From a candidate division WOR-3 bacterium (GTDB lineage Bacteria > Hydrothermota > Tepidihabitantia > Tepidihabitantales > Tepidihabitantaceae), in contig CBFGKH010000008.1 of the NCBI GenBank assembly GCA_965649295.1, positions 32,001-96,000 of the forward strand: a stretch of 64,000 nt of DNA, given 5' to 3'. How positions within the stretch are numbered: the stretch's first letter is position 1; every line of letters starts with the position of its first letter. A program made the translations under genes and the position numbers. The notes beneath the pieces are model-generated. The model did no database searches and was not told where the DNA came from. It saw only the letters and a list, made by a program, of their open reading frames with translations. Below, piece after piece: positions 37,773-47,450 of the stretch.

Positions 37773-39140
37773 ATGCTCTCGGTTAGAGGAAGCCCACTAG
37801 TGAAGCATAGCACGAAACCGGGGCGCACACGCACGACCAAGCGCAAGCGCCTCCATGCTCCCCCTACTAACGATGGAGCTGATAGCAAGCACGAACGGCA
37901 GATCGTAATGGCGATTGAGGAAAATGGTGATCAGTTGCTTGCAAAGGACGCTCCGCTGGGCTACAACCCTGTCTACGATACTCCACCACTGACCGATTTC
38001 GCTAGCGTGACTCCAGACACAGCGCTAACCGCCCTAAACTTGAACTGGCGGGAATGCGATCTACCAGAACGGGACCGAACTAAACATGTACACCGGCTGC
38101 ATCCATACCTTGGCAAATTCATACCACAGCTGGTCGAGATATTCCTGCGCAAGTATAGACCTCGGCGCGTATATGACCCGTTTTGCGGTTCTGGAACAAC
38201 CTTGGTCGAGGCCTCCGTTCTCGGCATAGACTCTATCGGTTGCGACATTTCGCCGTTTAACTGCCTCCTTACTAGGGTCAAGACTGCACGCTACAATATT
38301 GCCGACGTTGAACGCGACGTTAAGTCAATCTTGAGGAAATTCGGGGAGCTGGTTCAAGCCAGCCAATGGCCGACGCTGTTTGGCGACCACGAACTTAGGT
38401 CCACAGACAACGAGTACCTTACCAAATGGTACCACCCGAGAGCACTTTCTGAGCTGCTTTCGTTCCGCGATCTGATCCCACAATATGAACATCAGGATCT
38501 CCTTAAGGTCATACTTAGCCGCGCCGCTCGTTCGGCCAGACAGACCACACACTTTGATCTTGACTTCCCGAAGCGACCACAAACTGCGCCTTACTACTGC
38601 TACAAACATGGCCGAACCTGCTACCCCACAACGAGCGCGTATAGGTTCATCACTCGTTACTGTTGGGATACGCTCGCACGTATTCGGGAGTACGCGAGGC
38701 TGAGAAGCGACGCCGCGGCGACGGTCTATAACGACGACGCACGCAACGTCAAGTTCTCCAAAGTGGATATGGTGATGACGTCTCCTCCGTACGTTGGCCT
38801 AATCGACTACCACGAGCAACATCGTTATGCATACGAACTGCTCGGCCTCAGTCGTGAGGCTGAGGCGCGGGAGATAGGGCCGGCAAAAAAGGGTTCTTCC
38901 TTGGCCGCAAGAAAGGAATATGTCAAGGCAATCACCGACGTATTTGAGAACACATTAAGGCATTTGACAAAGGGTGGGGTTATGGTTGTTGTGGTGGGAG
39001 ACCGGTACAACCTCTATGGCGGGATTGCCAAATCATTGGGGGTGCGAGTCGAGCATATCCTACGCAGACACGTTAACCGCAGGACCGGCAGGCGAAACAC
39101 TGATTTCTTTGAACGGGTGCTGATATGGCGAAAAGAGTGA
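37773..39140 (+). CDS. amino-DNA methyltransferase (probably N4-cytosine, alpha order)
   Basis: HRLHPYLGKFIPQL, YDPFCGSGTT (motif I) before TSPPY (motif IV); start uncertain. Confidence 0.9.
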   Translation: MLSVRGSPLVKHSTKPGRTRTTKRKRLHAPPTNDGADSKHERQIVMAIEENGDQLLAKDAPLGYNPVYDTPPLTDFASVTPDTALTALNLNWRECDLPERDRTKHVHRLHPYLGKFIPQLVEIFLRKYRPRRVYDPFCGSGTTLVEASVLGIDSIGCDISPFNCLLTRVKTARYNIADVERDVKSILRKFGELVQASQWPTLFGDHELRSTDNEYLTKWYHPRALSELLSFRDLIPQYEHQDLLKVILSRAARSARQTTHFDLDFPKRPQTAPYYCYKHGRTCYPTTSAYRFITRYCWDTLARIREYARLRSDAAATVYNDDARNVKFSKVDMVMTSPPYVGLIDYHEQHRYAYELLGLSREAEAREIGPAKKGSSLAARKEYVKAITDVFENTLRHLTKGGVMVVVVGDRYNLYGGIAKSLGVRVEHILRRHVNRRTGRRNTDFFERVLIWRKE

Positions 39141-39151
39141 AGTAGGCCACG

Positions 39152-39958
39152 GTGATAACAGACTATACGCGGCAACAGATCAAGGGCTATCTTGAGGGCT
39201 TCATTCAAGGACTAATAGAAGAAACCAAACCTTGCGCTAACCCGAAGCAACCTAGGGAGACGGCTGGTTACTCGAAGAAAGGCGACATCAAACCCTTCCA
39301 TGAGGCAATTCTACCTGCCGGCATCATTGCTGTGGCCGAGTTCGAGAGGTCGTTTTCGACAAAACTAGGATCAACGTTTGAAGAAACCGCTCGGCTAATC
39401 GCGAAGCAAAATGGGGCCGAAGCTAAGCGCCAGTACAAGCTCTCCGGCATCGCTGCAATGGCAGCTGTCAAAGAGATCGAAGGTATCACTAAGAACCTGG
39501 ACGAACATGGCTGGTCGGACTCGTATGCGGCAGCGGTAAAGGCAGTAGCCAAGGCCACGGGGGAAGGAACGGAGAGAAGGGTCGTGCTCGACCTCTACAC
39601 ACAAACGGACAACGGAGTAGAGACATACTTCGAGATCAAAAGCCCAAAGCCGAACAAGGGACAGTGTCTTGAAGTAGTAAACCGTCTGCTGCTAGTACAC
39701 GCTATTAGGCGAATGGGGCCACCGAAAGTCCGCACGTATTTCGCAATGGCATACAATCCCTTTGGCGACGAGCGAGCATCTTACAACCACTCGTTCACGT
39801 TGAAATATCTAGATTTCCCGAACATGGTGCTCATTGGACGCGAATTCTGGGAATACATCGGTGGCCAAGGGACCTACGAGGAGGTTCTTTCTATCTACCG
39901 AGAGGTCGGAATCAAAAAGGGGCCAGATTTGGTGGATCAACTCGCGCTTGGCTACTAA
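39152..39958 (+). CDS. type II restriction endonuclease, TdeIII/MjaII-like
   Basis: KPFH, FERSFSTKLG, DLY...FEIKSPKPNKGQ, AYNPFG, LIGREFWEYIGG.GTY. Confidence 0.85.
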   Translation: MITDYTRQQIKGYLEGFIQGLIEETKPCANPKQPRETAGYSKKGDIKPFHEAILPAGIIAVAEFERSFSTKLGSTFEETARLIAKQNGAEAKRQYKLSGIAAMAAVKEIEGITKNLDEHGWSDSYAAAVKAVAKATGEGTERRVVLDLYTQTDNGVETYFEIKSPKPNKGQCLEVVNRLLLVHAIRRMGPPKVRTYFAMAYNPFGDERASYNHSFTLKYLDFPNMVLIGREFWEYIGGQGTYEEVLSIYREVGIKKGPDLVDQLALGY

Positions 39959-39986
39959 CCCTGCGCTGACCCGGTTGCAACCCTGA

Positions 39987-40142
39987 TTTCTGAAGGCGGT
40001 GAACCCGAACCGCAAGGTTGAGGAGGACACGCGCACACCCGAGCAACTGTTGGACGCAATCGAGGAACAGGGTCGGCGGGTGGCCGAGGCTGTGGCCAGA
40101 CTCCGGTCACTCACTCAGAAGCGAACCGCTGACAACAGCTAA
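39987..40142 (+). pseudogene. hsdM: C-terminal remnant of type I RM methylase subunit
   Basis: LKAVNPNRKVEEDTRTPEQLLDAIEEQGRRVAEAVARLR* with in-frame stop just upstream and no clear start; resembles HsdM tail. Confidence 0.6.
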
Positions 40143-40197
40143 CCCTGCCGCGAGCAGGTTGGTCAAGGCTCTAGAGTAGAGTGGCGCTGGTTGGCGC

Positions 40198-40995
40198 TTA
40201 GAAGATGCGTTCGATGGCGCTCGCTTCGGCCCAGCCACCCTCGCCGCCCGGGGCCTGCACCAGCACCCAGCCGGGCCGAGCCTCTCTGATACTCACCTCA
40301 AGCCCGTCGTGGACAACGATAATCTCTTTGTATTCGGCGCCCGGGCCTGAACGAAGTGTCAGCTCTGGTACTACCACAACCGCGCGACTGCGGTCAACAA
40401 CCGCTCCCCAGCTCAGTTGGGCCAGAAAGAAGTAGAGAAATAGCCCGGCCAGCCCGATTCCCACCCAAAGGAAGAGCCGCCGGTCAAAGATGAAAAGCAG
40501 CGCAAACGCGGCAGCGGTGAGTAGAAACAGCACGCCGGCCAGGATGCGCACCGCGCTGTAGCCCAAAAGGCGCAGCGCTTCGGCCACAATCCGTGCCACT
40601 GGGTTTTCCAAAGAAAGTGACTTGTCAGGCCGGTACTGGCGGACAAAGGCAAGGTTATGGCGGATGTCTCGATCCTGCGGAGCGAGCACCCAGGCGCGGT
40701 TGTAGTCGGCAATTGCCCGGCCAAGCTGACCGAGCTTGAAGTAGGTGTTGCCACGATTGTAATAGACCGCGGCCCTTCTCCCCTGCGCGGCAGCGCTGTC
40801 GTAGAGCGCCAAGGCTTGTTCGTAGTTCCCAGTCTCGTAGGCGGCATTGGCCCGGCCAAACTGCTCTGGCCAGGCGGCAGAGGCGAAGCTAACCACCAGG
40901 AGCACCAAGGCACAAACAGGGCCAAGCATATGCCCAGTCCCGACCCAATCGAGCCTGGACTTGGTGGCCTTCGTGCCTTGGTGGGAAGTCATCAT
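40198..40995 (-). CDS. batE: BatE-like TPR plus SH3 protein
   Basis: AN.AY..G.Y, YYNRGN, HNL, SH3-like LRSGPG...H.G...GW. Confidence 0.85.
   Translation of the reverse strand: MMTSHQGTKATKSRLDWVGTGHMLGPVCALVLLVVSFASAAWPEQFGRANAAYETGNYEQALALYDSAAAQGRRAAVYYNRGNTYFKLGQLGRAIADYNRAWVLAPQDRDIRHNLAFVRQYRPDKSLSLENPVARIVAEALRLLGYSAVRILAGVLFLLTAAAFALLFIFDRRLFLWVGIGLAGLFLYFFLAQLSWGAVVDRSRAVVVVPELTLRSGPGAEYKEIIVVHDGLEVSIREARPGWVLVQAPGGEGGWAEASAIERIF
40892..40985. repeat. CACCAAGG-type palindromic element inside the batE 5' coding region
   Basis: ACCACCAGGAGCACCAAGGCAC ... CTTCGTGCCTTGGTGGG; same family as 90-176. Confidence 0.65.
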
Positions 40996-42776
40996 AACAG
41001 GGCCTCAAGCAGAGCGCGGGCCTGCTCCAGAGTGTCCCTGGGGGAGCACTGTGCCACTCCGGGCGAGAACCGGGCCGCATCGCAAGACGACACCAGGTCG
41101 AGCAGGGCCTCGATTTTGTCGCTGGCGATGCCCCGCTTTGCCAGCTCGGCCCGCAACTGCTCGCCGGTCATTCCGAATGACTCGATATTGAGCCGGTCAC
41201 CGACATAGCCGATTACTGCCCGGCTGAGCGCGGCGTAGAACTCGCGCTCGTTGCCTTGGGCCAAGAGCCGGCTCGCCTCAGCCAGTCGCTTGCGCACCAG
41301 TCGGCTGGACCGGGCCCGTCGGGCATAGCCACGGTCAGCTTCGAGGCGGCGCTGGTGCCGGCCAAGCACGATACCAGCGAGCAATATGACAAGCCCAGTC
41401 GGGTAGAAAGCCCATGTCCAGCCACCGGCTGCGAGCGGTGTTGGACCGAGGCTCGTCTTGATGTGGCGGATATCTGAGCCGAGCACCCGCATGCCGGCTG
41501 TGCCCTCGGTTACGACTGGCCGGGCAGCCGCACCGGTGGCCACGAATGCTAGCGGCTCGGTCTTGAGCGTGTAGTAGGCCCCGCGCTGCGGGCTGAAAAA
41601 GGAGACGCTCACTGCCGGAATTACGTGCCGGCCGTCTGCCTGCGGCAGAATCGGGAAGCGGAACCGCCGCGTGCCGCCGATTCGGCCGCCACTCGCGCGG
41701 GTCTCGACTTTTGACTCGGGTGTGAGCAGCTTGACGCCTGAAGGCGCGTTGACTGTCGGTTCGCCGATTATGCCAATATTGCCGGTGCCGCTGATGACTA
41801 TCTCCAGCACGACCGGCTCGCCGCCTTCTGACTTCTCCTTGCTCAGGCTGGCTTGGAGCTTGAACTCGCCAACGCCGCCACTAAAGTCGGCTGGCCGACC
41901 AGCCTCAGGCAGAGGCTTGGCCGTGATTCGAATCGGCTCGGAGGAGACCTCAAACAGCTCGGTCTCGTCAAAGAAGAAGCCAGGTACGACCAGTTGGCCG
42001 GCGATTGTCATCTTGTCAATGGTGAGGCTGCCGGACTGGGTGGGAAAGATTGCCACCTGCTTGATTGTTGCCGCGCTGTAGCGCTGGCCGTCAAGGGTGG
42101 CGTTGCGCCAGTTCAGATCCTTGGCGTCAAAGAGTTTTTCGGACCAGAACCCAGGAAAGCTCGGCGCGTCCTTCAGGTTGAGGTCGGCCACCCGGCCCTG
42201 GGTGTAGAAGGTGTAGGTGACAGTAATCTGTTCACCGACATAGACCGTTGTCCGGTCAGCGCTGGCCCCGAGGTGAACCCGGGCCCGGCCACGGCCCCGC
42301 GGTTGCGGCTCGAACCCGAACGGCGACTGGGGACGCGCTGGCGAAGGCTGGGCCTGGCTTGTTTTGGTGACGGTTATCTGAATCGGCTGAGTCTGATAGA
42401 CAGTTCCTTTGTACTCCAGCTTGGCCGGCCCAATGGTGAAGGTGCCAACCCGTTTCGGTTCGAGGAAGTAGATAAAGCTCGTCGTCTGCTCCCGGGTCAT
42501 CCGACCGTTGACAAACGATATGCTGGTTGACTGTGACGAGGTGCTGCCGAGGTTGTTGAAGTCGGTAAGGTCAGGCAGGGTTGGTCGCGGCACACCCGCC
42601 TCACCCGATACGGTGAGCACCAGTTGAAACTGCTCGCCCAGCCCAACCGTACTCCGGTCAACACTGGCACTGAAGTTCAGCTCGGCCGCGGCGACTGAAC
42701 CGGCCAGCAGGAAAAAGAGCGCACCAAGGAGCGCCGGCCGACAAACGGCGCAGAGCTGTCCCTGGCTCCTGGTCAT
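40992..42776 (-). CDS. batD: BatD family protein
   Basis: SASVDR..V..GE.F, SQSTSISFVNG, VYVGEQ, FSGGVG.F, DIRHIK. Confidence 0.9.
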   Translation of the reverse strand: MTRSQGQLCAVCRPALLGALFFLLAGSVAAAELNFSASVDRSTVGLGEQFQLVLTVSGEAGVPRPTLPDLTDFNNLGSTSSQSTSISFVNGRMTREQTTSFIYFLEPKRVGTFTIGPAKLEYKGTVYQTQPIQITVTKTSQAQPSPARPQSPFGFEPQPRGRGRARVHLGASADRTTVYVGEQITVTYTFYTQGRVADLNLKDAPSFPGFWSEKLFDAKDLNWRNATLDGQRYSAATIKQVAIFPTQSGSLTIDKMTIAGQLVVPGFFFDETELFEVSSEPIRITAKPLPEAGRPADFSGGVGEFKLQASLSKEKSEGGEPVVLEIVISGTGNIGIIGEPTVNAPSGVKLLTPESKVETRASGGRIGGTRRFRFPILPQADGRHVIPAVSVSFFSPQRGAYYTLKTEPLAFVATGAAARPVVTEGTAGMRVLGSDIRHIKTSLGPTPLAAGGWTWAFYPTGLVILLAGIVLGRHQRRLEADRGYARRARSSRLVRKRLAEASRLLAQGNEREFYAALSRAVIGYVGDRLNIESFGMTGEQLRAELAKRGIASDKIEALLDLVSSCDAARFSPGVAQCSPRDTLEQARALLEALL

Positions 42777-42782
42777 TCTCCC

Positions 42783-43424
42783 CTACCAGTCCTTTTCGAC
42801 CTTGCGGCGGCCGCCGCGCTGCTGCTGCTCACGTTGCTGCTCGCGCTCTTTGTTCTCGACCGCCTGCACCAGCCGCTCGGCCTGACTCCGGTCCATACCC
42901 TGTTGCGGTTGCGGCTGGGGCCGTGGTTGTTGCTGCTGCTGTTGCTGCTGTTGATTCTGCTGGGAGCTGTCAGGCGGCTGCTCCTGCTTCTTGCGCAGAC
43001 AGAACTCAAGGTTCTCCTTGGCCTGCCGGTCACGGGGATTTTCCAAGAGGGCCTGTTTGTATGCCTGAATTGCCGCGTCAAGCTGACCTGCCTTGTACGC
43101 CACATTGCCGAGATTATACAGGGCATTGGCCCGGCGCAATGGCTTGCGGTCAATCAAGGCCAGTTCGAGCTCCCGCGCTGCCTCGGGGTAGCGGCCCAGC
43201 CGGTACAGAGCGTTGCCGGTGTTGAAGCGGATTGCGCTTGCGTCTGGTTCGAGCACCGCGGCCATCTGGTACCGGCCCAGCGCCTCTTCATACTTACCGC
43301 GGGCATACAGACCGTTGCCCTGTCGCATCAGCGTGCCGACATCGGCAGCGGCGGCGAGATTTGCCACCATCGCACAAAGCACACCGATGAGAAGCGATGG
43401 ACGAATGCCCTCAATCTGTCTCAT
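42783..43424 (-). CDS. batC: BatC-like TPR protein with polyQ linker
   Basis: GN.LY..GKY, YNLGN, AKENLE, Q-run, KVEKDW end. Confidence 0.88.
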   Translation of the reverse strand: MRQIEGIRPSLLIGVLCAMVANLAAAADVGTLMRQGNGLYARGKYEEALGRYQMAAVLEPDASAIRFNTGNALYRLGRYPEAARELELALIDRKPLRRANALYNLGNVAYKAGQLDAAIQAYKQALLENPRDRQAKENLEFCLRKKQEQPPDSSQQNQQQQQQQQQPRPQPQPQQGMDRSQAERLVQAVENKEREQQREQQQRGGRRKVEKDW

Positions 43425-44473
43425 GTCGTCTGCTCCTCCGTCTTTGCGTATTTCCGTCTTGGAGGTAATTCGAGCCACCGGCCCCGCCGGTTCGAGAGCA
43501 AAAGCCCGGCCAAGGTGAAGATAAACGCAAGCAGCAAGAACCACTGGTAGCGCTCGACATAGTCGGTGTAGGTGCCGCCGCCAATCTCTTTCTTGCGCAT
43601 CTGGTCAATCTCGGCCAGGAGCCGGTCCGCCGAGAAACCCTCTGCCCGCAGGAACCGGCCGCCGGTTGCCTGGGCCAGCACTATCAGCTTGGCCTCGTCC
43701 ATTCGCGACAGCACGACTTGACCTTGACTGTCTTTCTTGTAGGCGACCAGGTTGCCGTTTTCGTCATACTCAGGAACCGGCGCACCCTCAGGCGTGGCAA
43801 AGGCAACTGGAAATATCCGCACACCCGCCTCAACCGCCCGCTGCAGTGCTGCCGGTGTGTCCTTGCCCAGGTCATCACCGTCGGTGACAAAGACCAGCGC
43901 CTTGTAGCTCGCCTCCTTCGGATTGAAAAGGGTGTTGGCAACGTCAATCGCCCGGCCAAAATCGGTGCCCGGCACCGGCATCGCGGCTGGGTCAATGATG
44001 TCAAGAAAGAGCTTGGCTGCGCCGGCATCAGTGGTGAGCGGACAGAGGACATGGGCATCGCCGGCAAAGGCAACGATGCCGATAGCGTTACCGGTCAGCC
44101 CATCAATCAGGGCCGATAGCTCGGCCTTGGCCCGTACCAGACGCGAGGGCTTGATGTCCTCAGCGAGCATTGACTTTGAGGCGTCCAGGGCAATAACCAC
44201 GTCCACGCCCCGGCCTTTGTAGAGCTGTAGCTTCTCACCCCAGCGCGGTCGGGCCGCGGCGATGACGAGCAAGGCAAGACCGATGAGCAGTAGTAGCGAC
44301 TTGACTAGGTCCAGGCCCGGTAGGTAGTCAGGCATTACTGCTGGCAGTAGGTGGCCGTCAATCGCCCGCGTCAGCGTTCGCCGACCGAATAGCCGGCGCA
44401 GGAGCAATAGCACCAAACCAACCGGCACAATCAATAAGAGCCAGAGATAACCAGGCGCACCCCAACGAATCAC
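43421..44473 (-). CDS. batB: vWA domain protein BatB
   Basis: AARPRWG, DASKSMLAEDIKPSRL, PLTTD, TDGD. Confidence 0.9.
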   Translation of the reverse strand: MIRWGAPGYLWLLLIVPVGLVLLLLRRLFGRRTLTRAIDGHLLPAVMPDYLPGLDLVKSLLLLIGLALLVIAAARPRWGEKLQLYKGRGVDVVIALDASKSMLAEDIKPSRLVRAKAELSALIDGLTGNAIGIVAFAGDAHVLCPLTTDAGAAKLFLDIIDPAAMPVPGTDFGRAIDVANTLFNPKEASYKALVFVTDGDDLGKDTPAALQRAVEAGVRIFPVAFATPEGAPVPEYDENGNLVAYKKDSQGQVVLSRMDEAKLIVLAQATGGRFLRAEGFSADRLLAEIDQMRKKEIGGGTYTDYVERYQWFLLLAFIFTLAGLLLSNRRGRWLELPPRRKYAKTEEQTT

Positions 44474-45447
44474 GGCAGCCTCCGCAATACTGTCAGGGAA
44501 AGGCCCAAGGTGGTTGCAAGCACCAGGAGCGCGGCAAGGAGCCAGCCACCAGCCAGTTCATTATAGACGGTGTACTGCTTCACCTTGAACGTCGTCGGCT
44601 CCATCCGGTCAATCTCCTCATAGACCCGGCCCAAGGCGGCATTGTCGGTGGCGAGGAAGAACCGGCCACCAGTGATGTCGGCAATCCGCTGCAGTGTCTC
44701 TGTGTCAAGGTCAATTTGCACCTGCACGTACCGCCGCCCGAAGAACGGGTCATTCACCGGGAACGGCACTCTGCCTTTTGAGCCAACGCCAATAGTATAG
44801 ACCTTGATGCCCAGCCCGGCCGCTGCCTGAGCCGCGGTTATTGGGTCAATGTCACCGGTGTTGTTGACGCCGTCGGTCAGCAGAATGATGACCCGATCCT
44901 TGGCCTTTGAGTCCTTCAGCCGGGCAACAGCACTGGCCAAACCAAGCCCAATTGCGGTGCCGTCCTCAAGCATCCCAAAACCGACGCGGTCAATCAGCGT
45001 ATTGAGGATGTTTCGGTCAAGACTCAACGGACACTGCGTCAGGCTGGTGGCTGAGAAGACAACCAGCCCGATACGATCGCCCTGCCGCTTGGCGACAAAC
45101 TCTTTGGCCCGCTGCTTGGCAACTGCCAGCCGGTTCTGGGGCGAGAAGTCCTCTGCCTGCATCGAACCAGAGATGTCAAGACAGAGCATGATGTCAATGC
45201 CGTGAGTCTCAACCTCCTGAAACTGACGGCCGCGCTGGGGCCGGGCCAAGGCAACCACCATCAGTACCAGCGCCAGGGAATAGCCGACCAGCACGAGCGG
45301 CCGCGCCCAGCGGCCACGGTTCGGCGCTCCGGAAAGGAAGTCCAAACTGGCATAGCGGACTCCAGCCCGACGCTTCCGCAACTGCCACCACCAAAATAGC
45401 GGCAGCAGCCCAAGCAGCGCAAAGAACCAAGGATGGGCGAAACTCAT
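44470..45447 (-). CDS. batA: vWA domain protein BatA
   Basis: MSFAHP, ALARPQ, DISGSM.AEDF, DGTAIG.GL, LLTDGVNN. Confidence 0.92.
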   Translation of the reverse strand: MSFAHPWFFALLGLLPLFWWWQLRKRRAGVRYASLDFLSGAPNRGRWARPLVLVGYSLALVLMVVALARPQRGRQFQEVETHGIDIMLCLDISGSMQAEDFSPQNRLAVAKQRAKEFVAKRQGDRIGLVVFSATSLTQCPLSLDRNILNTLIDRVGFGMLEDGTAIGLGLASAVARLKDSKAKDRVIILLTDGVNNTGDIDPITAAQAAAGLGIKVYTIGVGSKGRVPFPVNDPFFGRRYVQVQIDLDTETLQRIADITGGRFFLATDNAALGRVYEEIDRMEPTTFKVKQYTVYNELAGGWLLAALLVLATTLGLSLTVLRRLP

Positions 45448-46493
45448 CGCGGCTTCTCCCCTGTTGCCGCCGGCTCTGGCGCCGGCGTTGTCGCCCGCAC
45501 CAGCTCGCGCGCCGTCCCTAGCGCCGCGGTCATCTCTGCCCAAGCCGGCACAAACTTGGCATACTTGACAAGGTCGGCGTTGCGGAAGAACTCGCAGAAA
45601 GCCTCCCGCTCCGGCACCTTGCGCGCCTTCAGCTCGGCAGCAATCTCGGTCGTCGTCTGGTCCGGCGCCGGGAACCCAAACCGCCGACCGAGATACCGCT
45701 TCAGTATCTCCGACACGGCGTAGTAGTAACGTTTCACCTGGCCCGAGCCCAGCCAGTCGTCCACCGGAATCGCGTCAAGCGCAGCCAGCGCTTCGGTCCA
45801 GGGGTCGGGCAGCACTGCACCCGCCAGCCGGATTCGCCGATAGCGGCGCACGAGCCAGCGGCCCAGTAGGGCCAGGCCAACAAGCCCGACCACGCCCAAG
45901 ATAATCCAAAGCGGCAGATAGTTGGGAAACTGCACCTGCGGCTTCAGGTCATTGATATCGGTCATCGAGTCGGCGATGACGCTTGCCACTTCAACTCGCA
46001 AGGTCTCTGATGCCGCAGCCAGCCGCTCGGTCGGTTCCTGCCAGACGACCAGAAACGGCGGCAGGGCCAGCTCACCGGTAGCGAAAGCGGCGAGCCGGTA
46101 ACGGTGGACGTCAACGATCGTGTCGCCCTGGTAGCGGGTCTTCGTCTTACGGTCCAGAATCGCGAAGTCGCCGTCGGCCGAAAGCAGGGGTTCGGTTGTC
46201 CGCATTGACCGCGGCCGCCGGACAGTCAGCTCCAGCTCAAAACGGTCACCAACTGTCAGCTTGCCGCGCACCGGCAGCAGCCGGGCGCTCAGTCGAACCG
46301 GCCCGTCTTGGACAATCCGGTAGGCTGGCCGCGCGGCAGTATCAGCCGCAGCCGTGCTGTCGGCCGCCCCTGCCCCACCTTGGGTCTGGCCCAGACCAAC
46401 CGCCAAAAGCCCCAGCAGCCAGAGTACTGCTAAGACTCTCTGCTTAGATGCCAGTCGGTCTGCTGCCGGGCTGTGGTGACGAACCATCTTCAT
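45444..46493 (-). CDS. Bat-operon membrane-anchored protein (BatD-like)
   Basis: DINDLKP, TM helix, KRYY...S.ILK.YL, ADLVKYAK; operon position. Confidence 0.75.
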   Translation of the reverse strand: MKMVRHHSPAADRLASKQRVLAVLWLLGLLAVGLGQTQGGAGAADSTAAADTAARPAYRIVQDGPVRLSARLLPVRGKLTVGDRFELELTVRRPRSMRTTEPLLSADGDFAILDRKTKTRYQGDTIVDVHRYRLAAFATGELALPPFLVVWQEPTERLAAASETLRVEVASVIADSMTDINDLKPQVQFPNYLPLWIILGVVGLVGLALLGRWLVRRYRRIRLAGAVLPDPWTEALAALDAIPVDDWLGSGQVKRYYYAVSEILKRYLGRRFGFPAPDQTTTEIAAELKARKVPEREAFCEFFRNADLVKYAKFVPAWAEMTAALGTARELVRATTPAPEPAATGEKPR

Positions 46494-47410
46494 CAGCGGT
46501 AGCGCCGGGCTCGCTGCTGAAAGAAACGGTGTAGTTGGCCGGTGAAATCCTCAGCCGTCGAGATCGGAATGTGGTCAATCCCAAGCTGATGCAGTAACTG
46601 GCGCTGCTCAACCCGCGCTGCCGACCGCAGGCCAGCGAATCGCTCGCGCAGCCGCGGGTCATTTGTATCAACCAGGGCCAGCTCGCCGGTTTCGGCGTCC
46701 TCCAGTTCAACCAGCCCCAGCCGGGGCAACTCCTCTTCAGCCGGGTCATTGACCGTGACCACAACCAAGTCATGCTTGCGGGCAGCGATACCCAGCGGTT
46801 TCTTCAACACGGCGGGCGCAAAGGCCGAGCCGATGAAGTCGGAGATGAAGAAGACAATCGCCCGTCGCTTGAGGACGTGCATCAGAAATTCGAGCGCCTG
46901 CGCCGGGTCGGTACCGCGCCGCTCCGGTTCGAAGTAGAGAATGTCCCGAATCAGCCTTAGCACATGGGAACGGCCTTTGCGCGGCGGAACATACTTCTCG
47001 ATGGTGTCGGTGAAAAAGACCAGGCCCACCTTGTCGTTGTTGCGGATGGCCGAGAAGGCAAGGGTCGCTGCTACTTGGGCAGCCTGGTCAAGCTTGAGCA
47101 GCCGTCGCGTGCCAAACCGGTCTGAACCGGACGCATCAACCAGCAGGATGACAACGAGCTCCCGCTCCTCGGCGAACTTCTTCACATAGGGCCGGCCGAA
47201 CCGGGCTGTCACCCGCCAGTCAATGGTTCGAACATCATCACCAGGTAGGTATTCGCGGACATCGAGGAACTCGATGCCGCGGCCCTTGAAGCTCGACTTG
47301 TAATCGCCCGAGAAGAGCGTGTTGACCAGCCGCCGCGTACGGATCTCTATTTGCCGTATGCGGCTGAAACTGGTGCTGCCGGGCCGTGCCGCCACCGACT
47401 GCTCTGCCAT
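46493..47410 (-). CDS. DUF58 domain protein
   Basis: GDYKSSFKGRGIEF..VREY.PGDDVR.IDW.VTAR, EEREL. Confidence 0.93.
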   Translation of the reverse strand: MAEQSVAARPGSTSFSRIRQIEIRTRRLVNTLFSGDYKSSFKGRGIEFLDVREYLPGDDVRTIDWRVTARFGRPYVKKFAEERELVVILLVDASGSDRFGTRRLLKLDQAAQVAATLAFSAIRNNDKVGLVFFTDTIEKYVPPRKGRSHVLRLIRDILYFEPERRGTDPAQALEFLMHVLKRRAIVFFISDFIGSAFAPAVLKKPLGIAARKHDLVVVTVNDPAEEELPRLGLVELEDAETGELALVDTNDPRLRERFAGLRSAARVEQRQLLHQLGIDHIPISTAEDFTGQLHRFFQQRARRYR

Positions 47411-47450
47411 TGCCTAAACCGTCTCGGCCAGGGCTTTCGCCCCTGCCGCC

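Noticed and set aside
39953..39985. Integron attC site after the restriction endonuclease (stop codon within CTAAC)
   Set aside because: No convincing complementary GTTRRRY end with paired L boxes, and no integrase or other cassettes in the window.
42900..42960. CAG/CAA run as a contingency (phase-variable) repeat
   Set aside because: It is an in-frame mixed-codon polyQ linker typical of BatC proteins.
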